A DNA stretch of 64,000 nt from contig OZ024748.1 of assembly GCA_964016885.1 (NCBI GenBank), positions 41,974,001 through 42,038,000 of the forward strand, given 5' to 3'. A program made the position numbers and the translations under genes. The notes beneath the pieces were generated by a model, which saw only the letters and a list, made by a program, of their open reading frames with translations, was not told the DNA's origin and did not search any database. The stretch is from Eledone cirrhosa. Lineage: Eukaryota. Positions 11,429 to 22,000 of the stretch are shown in pieces (within the stretch, counting starts at the first letter, position 1; every line of letters begins with the position of its first letter).

Positions 11429-12334
11429 CCTTCTTCTTCACCCACTTATTTCTGGGAGGGTTGTGGGGGCAGAGTCCTCAAACACTCCCTCTAGTGGGTC
11501 CTGTCAGAAGCAACCATCTCCAACTGATCTGGCTGGATCTCCAAGTGAGACAAGCCAAGCTCATGGATGTTATCCAACCATCCTGTCGGTTGGTTTTATC
11601 TGTAAAATCTGTCCAGTGATTCTTTCCTGAGACATTCTAACCACATGTCCGTAGTATCAGAGCTGTGATCTCTCAATTCAGTGATTCTTTCCTGAGACAT
11701 TCTAACCACATGCCCATAGTATCAGAGCTGTGATCTCTCAATTCAGAGATTCTTTCCTGAGACATTCTAACCACATGCCCATAGTATCAGAGCTGTGATC
11801 TCTCAATTCAGAGATTCGTTCCTGAGACATTCTAACCACATGTCGATAGTATCAGAGCTGTGATCTCTCAATTCAGTGATTCTTTCCTGAGACATTCTAA
11901 CCACATGTCCATAGTATCAGAGCTGTGATCTCTCAATTCAGAGATTCGTTCCTGAGACATTCTAACCACATGTCGATAGTATCAGAGCTGTGATCTCTCA
12001 ATTCAGTGATTCTTTCCTGAGACATTCTAACCACATGTCCATAGTATCAGAGCTGTGATCTCTCAATTCAGTGATTCTTTCCTGAGACATTCTAACCACA
12101 TGTCCATAGTATCAGAGCTGCGATCTCTCAATTCAGAGATTCTTTCCTGAAACATTCTAACCACATATCGATAGTATCAGAGCTGTGATCTCTCAATTCA
12201 GTGATTCTTTCCTGAGACATTCTAACCACATATCGATAGTATCAGAGCTGTGATCTCTCAATTCAGAGAAGTAGCAGCTCTACTTGGAGTGAATCTCTGA
12301 TCTCCGAGCTATGCACTCTATTAAGTAACGATAC
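11429..12334 (-). mobile_element. Decayed 3' end of a different RTE family (Rex3/Expander-like) with an internal tandem amplification
   Basis: With the repeat collapsed, the minus strand reads VSLLNRVHSSEIRDSLQVELLLL*IERSQL*YYGHVVRMSQERITGQILQIKPT..GWLDNIHELGLSHLEIQPDQLEMVASDR. (GAA)n tail at ~11430. Confidence 0.8.
11616..12265. repeat. Minisatellite, 10 x 65 bp
   Basis: Unit GTGATTCTTTCCTGAGACATTCTAACCACATGTCCATAGTATCAGAGCTGTGATCTCTCAATTCA, period 65 (11616, 11681...). Confidence 0.95.
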
Positions 12335-12560
12335 TACAAATAGCCTTCGGAGGAACCTACTTTAATAATTTACCTGGCCATTAAACTGCCACTTACAATG
12401 AAGGAACCTCTACATGGTAAGTTGATATGCTAGAAATAACTGCTAAATCATATCTGATCATCTTAAAAACAAATAAAATATGTTTTTCATACATGGAAAT
12501 AATGATTTTCTTTTTAAAAACAAGTGAAAAAGTGTGAAATGTGAAGCAAAGATTACTTAC

Positions 12561-12647
12561 ATTCCTAACTTTTCAAATGTAGCAGCATTTGGTTTGCGTA
12601 GATTGTTGACAAAAAACTCAAGTTTGAACGATGATGGATTTGTGGCT
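12561..12647 (-). CDS. VIRMA: Virilizer/VIRMA coding exon 3
   Basis: ttttcag|A GCC ACA AAT...GGA AT|gtaagt; 87 nt, phase 2 to phase 2; (G)ATNPSSFKLEFFVNNLRKPNAATFEKLG matches the VIR_N domain. Confidence 0.93.
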
Positions 12648-12750
12648 CTGAAAATGGAAGAAAAATTACAATTTATCATTGTTGTTGTTTTTAAATTACT
12701 ACAGAAAAAATATATAAGCATCCATCTTTTCAATATATTTCCTACATTAC

Positions 12751-12869
12751 AGTGTGTTTGTGTGTGATGATGATATGTATTTGTTTGTGTGTGTGTGATG
12801 ATGATATATGTGAGTGTTTGTGTTTGATGATGATGTGAGTGTTTGTGTGTGATGATGATGTGCGAGTGT

Positions 12870-12921
<52 letters not shown>

Positions 12922-12931
12922 CAGTGTGTTG

Positions 12932-12969
<38 letters not shown>

Positions 12970-13052
12970 GTATATATATATGTCAGTGTGTGTGTGATGA
13001 TATATATATATATATGAGTGTGTGTTTGTGTGTGATGATGATGTGCGAGTGT

Positions 13053-13125
<73 letters not shown>

Positions 13126-13136
13126 AGTGTGTGTTG

Positions 13137-13169
<33 letters not shown>

Positions 13170-13271
13170 TATGTGTCAGTGTGTGTGTGTGATGATATAT
13201 ATATGAGTGTGTGTTTGTGTGTGATGATGATACATGTTTGTGTGTGATGGAGTGTGAGTGTTCATGTGATG

Positions 13272-13302
<31 letters not shown>

Positions 13303-13370
13303 ATGATATATGTGTTTGCGTGTGATATATATATATATGTGTGTGTGAGTTTGTGTGTGATGATGATAGA
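12751..13370. repeat. Compound (TG)n/(TA)n/(TGA)n microsatellite
   Basis: Directly visible low-complexity tract. Confidence 0.9.
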
Positions 13371-13502
13371 CATTAAAGGCATACACCAACATATTTACAG
13401 CCCAACATTAACATGGGGAGGTATGTATGGTGTGAGTGGATGGGGTGTCGGAGTGTGTATGGGTGCATGCGTGGTGGGTGGGTGTGTCTGTGCATATGTG
13501 TT

Positions 13503-13607
13503 GAGCAAGACAAGGTCAGCCGACCAGACACTGCTCACAACAGGACAACCCGTCTAACCCATGCTAGCGTAGAAGAATGGACGTAAAATGGTGATGATGA
13601 TGATGAT
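13503..13607 (+). mobile_element. RTE 3'-tail fragment
   Basis: Matches 3234-3347 (GGTCAGCCGACCAGACACTG...CATGCTAGCG...(GAT)n). Confidence 0.85.
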
Positions 13608-13612
13608 ATATA

Positions 13613-14470
13613 ATCATCATCACTGTTTTACGGCTATTTCTCCATGCTACCATGGGTTAGACGGGTTGTCTTGTTGTGAGAAATTCCAGGTCAGGTGACC
13701 ATGTCTTGCTCGTACAGAACTGATTTTGGCTTGGTTTCTACAGCTGGATGCCCTTCCTAACACCAACCACATTTAGTGTGGACTGGGTGCTTTTTGGCGT
13801 GACATCCACACAACCACTTTACAGTGTGGACTGGGTGCTTTTTGGCGTGACATCCACACAACCACTTTACAGTGTGGACTGGGTGCTTTTTGGCGTGGCA
13901 CCCACACAACCACATTTAGTGTGGAATGGGTGCTTTTTGGCGTGACATCCACACAACCACTTTACAGTTTGGACTGGGTGCTTTTTGGCGTGACACCCAC
14001 ACAACCACTTTACAGTGTGGACTGGGTGCTTTTTGGCGTGGCACCCACACAACCATATTTAGTGTGGAATGGGTGCTTTTTGGCGTGACACCCACACAAC
14101 CACTTTACAGTGTGGACTGGGTGCTTTTTGGCGTGGCACCCACACAACCACATTTAGTGTGGACTGGGTGCTTTTTGGCGTGACATCCACACAACCACTT
14201 TACAGTTTGGACTGGGTGCTTTTTGGCGTGGCACCCACACAACCACATTTAGTGTGACACCCACACAACCACATTTAGTGTGGACTGGGTGCTTTTAGGC
14301 GTGACACCCACACAACCACATTTAGTGTGGACTGGGTGCTTTTTGGTGTGACACCCACACAACCACATTTAGTGTGGACTGGGTGCTTTTTGGCGTGACA
14401 CCCACACAACCACTTTACAGTGTGGACCGGGTGCTTTTTGGCGTGACACCCACACAGCCACTTTAAAGTG
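13613..14470 (-). mobile_element. RTE 3'-UTR fragment whose internal 48-bp unit is amplified
   Basis: Reverse complement of the RTE 3' UTR from the (GAT)n tail through GGAAGGGCATCCAGCTGTAGAAA, continuing into tandem units. Confidence 0.85.
13765..14470. repeat. Minisatellite, ~15 x 47-48 bp
   Basis: Unit GTGGACTGGGTGCTTTTTGGCGTGACACCCACACAACCACTTTACAGT. Confidence 0.92.
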
Positions 14471-14684
14471 GTGTATAGTTAATGTAGAATACATTAATAT
14501 TGCATTAAACACTATATATGTGTGTAAAATATATATATATATTGTGATAAATAAATCAATAAATTGATAAATTAAAAGCCTTGAATAAAACACCTTTTAG
14601 GAAACATCTGGTGGTATGTTCCCAAGCCACATCTCATACAGGTTATTCTAACTTACAAGATAATATTTATTGCTCTATATTGTT

Positions 14685-15022
14685 AAATTTGCTGTACTCA
14701 GGGCTGTAAAGGGATGGGCTCTGCCAGGCTTAAAATGCTCAAGAAACGCCATATATCAATGTGGCACCCCAACGACTCTATCAGGAGTTACGGAATTATT
14801 CATAACAATTTGTAATTTAGGCTCAAGACCAGCAATTTGTGAGGGAAGGAGGAGGGGGGAAAGTCAATTAAGTTAACCCCAGTACTTGACTGGTATGTAG
14901 TACATGGTACTTTATTTTATCAACTTCAGAAAGGGCAAAAGGCAAAGTTGACATATGGCATTTCTTGGGTATTTCAAGCCTGGCGGAGCCAATTCCTCTC
15001 CAGGTCTGAGTACAGCAGATTT
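14685..15022. repeat. 75-bp imperfect inverted repeat pair (14685-14759 / 14948-15022) around a SINE fragment
   Basis: AAATTTGCTGTACTCAG..GCCAGGCTTAAAATGCTCAAGAAACGCCATATATCAA aligns end to end with the reverse complement of 14948-15022. Confidence 0.8.
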
Positions 15023-15107
15023 CTTCCAGAGAAAGATAGAAAGTGAGAGAGAGGAAATGAGAAAGAGATATAGAGGAAGAATCGACCCCAGTACTAGACT
15101 TGTACGA

Positions 15108-15889
15108 TTCAGGGAGCTACTGCCACTGCTAGCTGCAAAAGGCTTTTCCCTCAAAATGAAAGGCAGACTGTATGATGTGTGTATACAAACAGCAATGTTA
15201 CATGGTAGTGAGACCTGGCGCTGTCTGTAGAAGACTTGCGTAGATTAGAAAGAAACGAAGCCTGCATGCTCCGATGGATGTGTAATAGTAATATACGCGA
15301 ATGGCAAAGCATAAATGAATTGAGAGAGAGACTGAGCATAAGAGGAATCAAATGCTGTGTGCAGGAGAGGCGGTTGCGTTGGTATGGACATGTAATGCGT
15401 ATGAAGGATGACAGCTGCATAAAAAGGTGCAGAGCACTAGAAGTCGATGGAAACCGCGGATTTGGGAGACCCAAGAAGACCTAGGATGAGGTGATAAAAG
15501 CCGACCTTACCCAATTACACCTCTCAAAGACAATGACACACGACCGTGACCTCTGGCGTCACGCAGTAATACAGAAGACTCGACCCCCCACGGGTACAAG
15601 CCGAAGCTGAAGTATATAGACAATATGACCCCATACCCTCCCACTGCAAAGTGGTCGTGGAGGTGCCACGGAAAAAAAGCACCCAGCACTCACTGTAAAT
15701 GAGGTTGGTGTTAGGAAGGGCATCCAGCTGTAGAAATCAAGCCAGAATCAGTTCCCGTATGATTGCTCATATGGGAACTGATTCTGGCTTGATTTCTACA
15801 TGGTCAGCCGACCGGACACTACCTACAACAGGACAACCTGTCTAACCCATGCTAGCGTGGAAGAACGAACGTAAAACGATGATGATGAT
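15108..15889 (+). mobile_element. 5'-truncated copy of the same RTE family as 1-3347
   Basis: High identity to ~2560-3347 (FRELLPLL..RLRWYGHVMRM), with a frameshift and a stop, 3' UTR and (GAT)n tail. Confidence 0.92.
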
Positions 15890-16060
15890 ATATATATATA
15901 TATATATATATAGTAATAATAATAAATGTGAAGAATGAAATCCAAAGCGGGCTCGATAAGGAAAAATATATATCAAATATATAACACTAGAGCAAATATT
16001 TATTAAAATAACAGATTAAAGTTTAAGCAAAGAATCGCTGCTTTCACCCTTAACAGGATC

Positions 16061-16266
16061 TTCTGGAAAGATAGAGTGAGAGAGAGGGAAGTGAAAAAAA
16101 TATAGCGGAAGAATCGACCTCAGTACATTACTGGTACTTTATTTTATCGACCTCGTAAGGATGAAAGGCAAAGTTAACCTCGGCGAGATTTGAACTCAGA
16201 GAGTTGCAACAAATACCATAAAGCATTCTTATCCACCATTCTAACGACTCTGCCAATTAGCTGCCT
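16061..16266 (-). mobile_element. tRNA-derived SINE
   Basis: Minus strand TTGGCAGAGTCGTTAGA (A-box-like), GAGTTCAAATC (B-box), body TTTGCCTTTCATCCTT..GTCGATAAAATAAAGTACCAG; same family as 18815-19012. Confidence 0.8.
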
Positions 16267-17164
16267 ATAAATTGATATGTAAGTAGCTACGGTAGCTTGA
16301 GTGTGTTTTCATGCAGAGACACTAAGGTTGTTGAAAGCACTAATAATTAATATATAACAGCAACTAACATTCCCAAATAATTTTCCCATAATAAAATGAA
16401 CTTTAGTAAATGTAAGTAATAAAAAAAATGTCAAAGGTTATTTTGAAATTGCCAACATATTACATATTGTGCAGAAAGTGGAACAATTTAGTAGCCAATT
16501 ATTTTAGAATTTTAACAAACTTTAATTCTACTTTTATTATCACTGTCATTATTGTTTTTTTTATGTCCGTCTGCCCGTCTTACATGTTGGCATGAGTCGG
16601 ATGGGGTCACTGTGGTCTGAGTCAGTTTTTATTCAAAGTTACTAACCATCTAGATAGTTTGGAGAACTATGTCTAATTCACACATTCCACTCTCAAATAG
16701 TTTTGAAAGCAGGATGTCATTTCTAACAGCAACCAGTTTACAGAGTGTACTGGGTGCATTTTATCATAGCACCAACACTAGAGAAGTTGTCGCCTGCAAG
16801 ATTAAAGAGACTTTTCTACTCTATATTGTCTCCATTCTTTCAAGACAGTGAAAGAGGAAAGACTATGAGTCTGAATGTGATAGGATGTCAATGGCAGGAG
16901 TAAAGGAAGAGAGACAGTGATAGATATTTGTTTGTTATTGGTTGGAAGTTGAAGAGAAAACAGCATGAGCCGCTTGATAGGATGGCTATGAAGATGTGTC
17001 ATGGTAAAGAGGGAGCGCTGGAGTGATGGGCAATTGTGAGAGTGATAGATGTCAACAAAGAGTGACAAGGGACAGAATGATGGTTAACAGCAGAAGGTGA
17101 GAATATGTACAGATCTAATGCCCTCGTTACACAATGTAAGAATTAGAATAAGTAATAGAGAAGG

Positions 17165-17442
17165 GATTGAAGGCACAAGTCCAGGCAAGGTTGTTTGTGG
17201 AAGACCAGCAGTCACCCATACATACCTGTCTCCCCTCGCCACGCCATCGATGTTGTCCAAGGTAAAGGCAATGACCAATACTGTTTGACACCAGTGACGT
17301 CACAACTCATTTCTACAGCTGAGTAAACTGGAGCAACGTGAAAATAAAGTGTCTTGCTCAAGGATACATTGCATCACTCGATCCGAGAATCAAACTCACA
17401 ACCTATCGATTGCAAGCCCACTGTTCTAACCACTAAGCCATG
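17165..17442 (-). mobile_element. tRNA-derived SINE, second family
   Basis: Minus strand CATGGCTTAGTGGTTAG (A-box), GAGTTTGATTC (B-box-like), conserved core CCTTGAGCAAGACACTT. Confidence 0.8.
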
Positions 17443-17483
17443 GTATTTGTCATCTCCGTCATAAGATTCAGCTTGTCTTCAAC

Positions 17484-18432
17484 TGGTTAAGGTGGTACAG
17501 ACATGGCTGTGTGGTTAAGGTGGAGGTACAGACATGGCTGTGTGGTTAAGGTGGAGGTACAGACATGGCTGTGTGGTTAAGGTGGTGGTAGACATGGATG
17601 TGTGGTTAAGGTGGTGGTAGACATGGTTGTGTGGTTAAGGTGGTACAGACATGGCTCTGTGGTTAAGGTGGAGGTACAGACATGGCTGTGTGGTTAAGGT
17701 GGTGGTAGACATGGATGTGTGGTTAAGGTGGTGGTAGACATGGCTGTGTGGTTAAGGTGGTACAGACATGGCTGTGTGGTTAAGGTGGAGGTACAGACAT
17801 GGCTGTGTGGTTAAGGTGGTGGTAGACATGGATGTGTGGTTAAGGTGGTGGTAGACATGGCTGTGTGGTTAAGGTGATACAGACATGGCTGTGTGGTTAA
17901 GGTGGAGGTACAGACATGGCTGTGTGGTTAAGGTGGAGGTACAGACATGGCTGTGTGGTTAAGGTGGTGGTAGACATGGTTGTGTGGTTAAGGTGGTACA
18001 GACATGGCTGTGTGGTTAAGGTGGAGGTACAGACATGGCTGTGTGGTTAAGGTGGTGGTAGACATGGTTGTGTGGTTAAGGTGGTGGTAGACATGGTTGT
18101 GTGGTTAAGGTGGCACAGACATGGCTCTGTGGTTAAGGTGGAGGTACAGACATGGCTGTGTGGTTAAGGTGGTGGTAGACATGGCTGTGTGGTTAATGAG
18201 GTACAGGTATGGCTGTGTGGTTAAGCTGGTACAGACATGGCTGTGTGGTTAAGGTGGAGGTACAGACATGGCTGTGTGGTTAAGGTGGAGGTACAGACAT
18301 GGCTGTGTGGTTAAATGGTGGTAGACATGGCTGTGTGGTTATGGTGATACAGACATGGCTGTGTGGTTAATGAGGTACAGACATGGCTGTGTGGTTAATG
18401 AGGTACAGGTGTGGCTGAGTGGTTATGGTGGT
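17484..18432. repeat. Minisatellite, ~32 x 28-31 bp, containing a Pol III A-box-like motif
   Basis: Unit GGTACAGACATGGCTGTGTGGTTAAGGT(GGA), with 28/29/31-bp variants. Confidence 0.92.
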
Positions 18433-18472
18433 AAAGAGATTACAGAAATTAAGGAAATATTTTGAAACCTAC

Positions 18473-18585
18473 CCAAGACGATTACCTCCGGGGACTTCAG
18501 CTTGTACTTTGGTACCAAGTGGAACAACATGGACTTCATGAAGAATTGCTGGACGAGGAAACTTCACAAGATCGAGATTTAGTTC
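18473..18585 (-). CDS. VIRMA: Virilizer/VIRMA coding exon 2
   Basis: ttaactctgttatttcag|GAA CTA AAT...CTT GG|gtaggt; 113 nt, phase 0 to phase 2; ELNLDLVKFPRPAILHEVHVVPLGTKVQAEVPGGNRLG. Confidence 0.93.
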
Positions 18586-18617
18586 CTGAAATAACAGAGT
18601 TAACGGAATCAATGTTG

Positions 18618-18812
18618 TTATTATTATTATTATTATTATTATTTCCATTATTATTTTTATTGCACATCATTACTGCTTTACCTTGGGTATGTGCAGTGTA
18701 GTTTTTGCTGATGTTGTTTCTATTGTATTGATAGTACTTTTCGTAATATGTGTGCAGTGCCTAGTAGTGCTATCTTTTGTATACTGTATATATTGGTCTG
18801 TGTGTTTAGTAC
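18618..18812 (-). mobile_element. 3' end of an R4/Dong-like RLE LINE ending in (TAA)n
   Basis: Minus strand encodes NIYSIQKIALLGTAHILRKVLSIQ*, homologous to the end of the 61167-61375 fragment; short UTR, then (TAA)n. Confidence 0.8.
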
Positions 18813-18814
18813 TA

Positions 18815-19012
18815 AAGGTGGTGGATTGGCAGAATCGTTAGAGCGTCAGACACCATGCTTTGCAGCATAGAGTTATGGCCCTTTATGTTCTGAGTTCAAA
18901 TCCCGCCGATGTTAACTTTGCCTTTCATCCTTATGGGGGTCGATAAAATAAAGTACCAGTAATGCACTGGGGTAATTGCTGGCCTTGTGCCAAAAGTAGA
19001 AATAATTATTAT
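18815..19012 (+). mobile_element. tRNA-derived SINE
   Basis: GGTGGATTGGCAGAATCGTTAG (A-box), GAGTTCAAATCC (B-box), family body, (ATT)n-like end. Confidence 0.82.
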
Positions 19013-19030
19013 TTCTATTATTCATACTAA

Positions 19031-22000
19031 GGTGTAACAACCAACACCCTAGCTACTCTGAAGTACAAGTGGTGTAACAACCAACACTCTAGCTACTCTG
19101 AAGTACAAGTGGTGTCACAACCAACATGCTAGCTACCCTGAAGTACAAGTGGTGTAACAACCAACATGCTAGCTACCCTGAAGTACAAGTGGTGTCACAA
19201 CCAACATGCTAGCTACCCTGAAGTACAAGTGGTGTCACAACCAACATACTAGCTACTCTGAAGTACAAGTGGTGTCACAACCAACACTCTAGCTACTCTG
19301 AAGTACAAGTGGTGTCACAACCAACATGCTAGCTACCCTGAAGTACAAGTGGTGTCACAACCAACATGCTAGCTACTCTGAAGTACAAATGGTGTAACAA
19401 CCAACATGCTAGCTACCCTGAAGTACAAGTGGTGTAACAACCAACATGCTAGCTACCCTGAAGTACAAATGGTGTCACAACCAGCATGCTAGCTACCCTG
19501 AAGTACAAGTGGTGTAACAACCAACATGCTAGCTACCCTGAAGTACAAGTGGTGTAACAACCAACATGCTAGCTACCCTGAAGTACAAATGGTGTAACAA
19601 CCAACATGCTAGCTACCCTGAAGTACAAATGGTGTAACAACCAACATGCTAGCTACTCTGAAGTACAAATGGTGTAACAACCAACATGCTAGCTACTCTG
19701 AAGTACAAGTGGTGTAACAACCAACATGCTAGCTACCCTGAAGTACAAATGGTGTAACAACCAACATGCTAGCTACTCTGAAGTACAAGTGGTGTCACAA
19801 CCAACATGCTAGCTACCCTGAAGTACAAGTGGTGTAACAACCAACATGCTAGCTACCCTGACGTACAAGTGGTGTCACAACCAACATGCTAGCTACCCTG
19901 AAGTACAAATGGTGCAACAACCAACATGCTAGCTATTCTGAAGTACAAATGGTGTAACAACCAACATGCTAGCTACCCTGAAGTACAAGTGGTGTAACAA
20001 CCAACATGCTAGCTACCCTGAAGTACAAGTGGTGTAACAACCAACATGCTAGCTACCCTGAAGTACAAGTGGTGTAACAACCAACATGCTAGCTACCCTG
20101 AAGTACAAGTGGTGTTACAACCAACACTCTAGCTACCCTGAAGTACAAGTGGTGTAACAACCAACATGCTAGCTACTCTGAAGTACAAGTGGTGTAACAA
20201 CCAACATGCTAGCTACCCTGAAGTACAAATGGTGTAACAACCAACACTCTAGCTACCCTGAAGTACAAATGGTGTAACAACCAACACCCTAGCTACTCTG
20301 AAGTACAAATGGTGTAACAACCAACATGCTAGCTACCCTGAAGTACAAATGGTGTAACAACCAACACTCTAGCTACTCTGAAGTACAAATGGTGTAACAA
20401 CCAACATGCTAGCTACCCTGAAGTACAAGTGGTGTAACAACCAACACTCTAGCTACTCTGAAGTACAAGTGGTGTAACAACCAACATGCTAGCTACTCTG
20501 AAGTACAAGTGGTGTAACAACCAACATGCTAGCTACCCTGAAGTACAAATGGTGTAACAACCAACACTCTAGCTACTCTGAAGTACAAATGGTGTAACAA
20601 CCAACATGCTAGCTACCCTGAAGTACAAATGGTGTAACAACCAACATGCTAGCTACCCTGAAGTACAAATGGTGTAACAACCAACATGCTAGCTACTCTG
20701 AAGTACAAGTGGTGTAACAACTAACATGCTAGCTACTCTGAAGTACAAATGGTGTAACAACCAACATGCTAGCTACCCTGAAGTACAAATGGTGTAACAA
20801 CCAACACTCTAGCTACTCTGAAGTACAAGTGGTGTAACAACCAACACTCTAGCTACCCTGAAGTACAAGTGGTGTAACAACCAACATGCTAGCTACTCTG
20901 AAGTACAAATGGTGTAACAACCAACATGCTAGCTACCCTGAAGTACAAATGGTGTAACAACCAACACTCTAGCTACTCTGAAGTACAAGTGGTGTAACAA
21001 CCAACACTCTAGCTACCCTGAAGTACAAGTGGTGTAACAACCAACACTCTAGCTACTCTGAAGTACAAGTGGTGTCACAACCAACATGCTAGCTACTCTG
21101 AAGTACAAATGGTGTAACAACCAACACTCTAGCTACTCTGAAGTACAAGTGGTGTAACAACCAACATGCTAGCTACCCTGAAGTACAAGTGGTGTAACAA
21201 CCAACATACTAGCTACCCTGAAGTACAAATGGTGTAACAACCAACATGCTAGCTACCCTGAAGTACAAGTGGTGTAACAACCAACATACTAGCTACCCTG
21301 AAGTACAAATGGTGTGACAACCAACACTCTAGCTACTCTGAAGTACAAGTGGTGTCACAACCAACATGCTAGCTACCCTGAAGTACAAGTGGTGTCACAA
21401 CCAACATGCTAGCTACTCTGAAGTACAAATGGTGTAACAACCAACATGCTAGCTACCCTGAAGTACAAGTGGTGTAACAACCAACATGCTAGCTACCCTG
21501 AAGTACAAATGGTGTCACAACCAGCATGCTAGCTACCCTGAAGTACAAGTGGTGTAACAACCAACATGCTAGCTACCCTGAAGTACAAGTGGTGTAACAA
21601 CCAACACTCTAGCTACCCTGAAGTACAAGTGGTGTAACAACCAACACTCTAGCTACTCTGAAGTACAAGTGGTGTCACAACCAACATGCTAGCTACTCTG
21701 AAGTACAAATGGTGTAACAACCAACACTCTAGCTACTCTGAAGTACAAGTGGTGTAACAACCAACATGCTAGCTACCCTGAAGTACAAGTGGTGTAACAA
21801 CCAACATACTAGCTACCCTGAAGTACAAATGGTGTAACAACCAACATGCTAGCTACCCTGAAGTACAAGTGGTGTAACAACCAACATGCTAGCTACTCTG
21901 AAGTACAAGTGGTGTCACAACCAACACTCTAGCTACTCTGAAGTACAAGTGGTGTCACAACCAACATGCTAGCTACCCTGAAGTACAAGTGGTGTCACAA

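Noticed and set aside
6740-12560. VIRMA exon 4 (expected TDGLVLRGWY-like motif)
   Set aside because: Searched the non-repetitive stretches by eye and found no match; probably outside the window.
12534-12767. 77-aa + strand ORF
   Set aside because: Antisense shadow of VIRMA exon 3.
12742-13557. His/Thr/Ile/Tyr-rich ORFs
   Set aside because: Translations of (TG)n/(TA)n microsatellites.
16035-16066. Hammerhead-like motif on the minus strand (CAGAAGA..GAAAG)
   Set aside because: Core U is mutated, stem II is out of register, and no convincing stems I/III.
18462-18701. 79-aa + strand ORF
   Set aside because: Antisense shadow of VIRMA exon 2 plus (TTA)n.
16061-19012. tRNA genes at A/B-box motifs
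   Set aside because: No cloverleaf; the boxes continue into shared SINE bodies.
19031-19150. 40-mer derived from the RTE tail (shared CATGCTAGC)
   Set aside because: Only a 9-nt match, and the edge monomers carry CACCCT/CACTCT instead.
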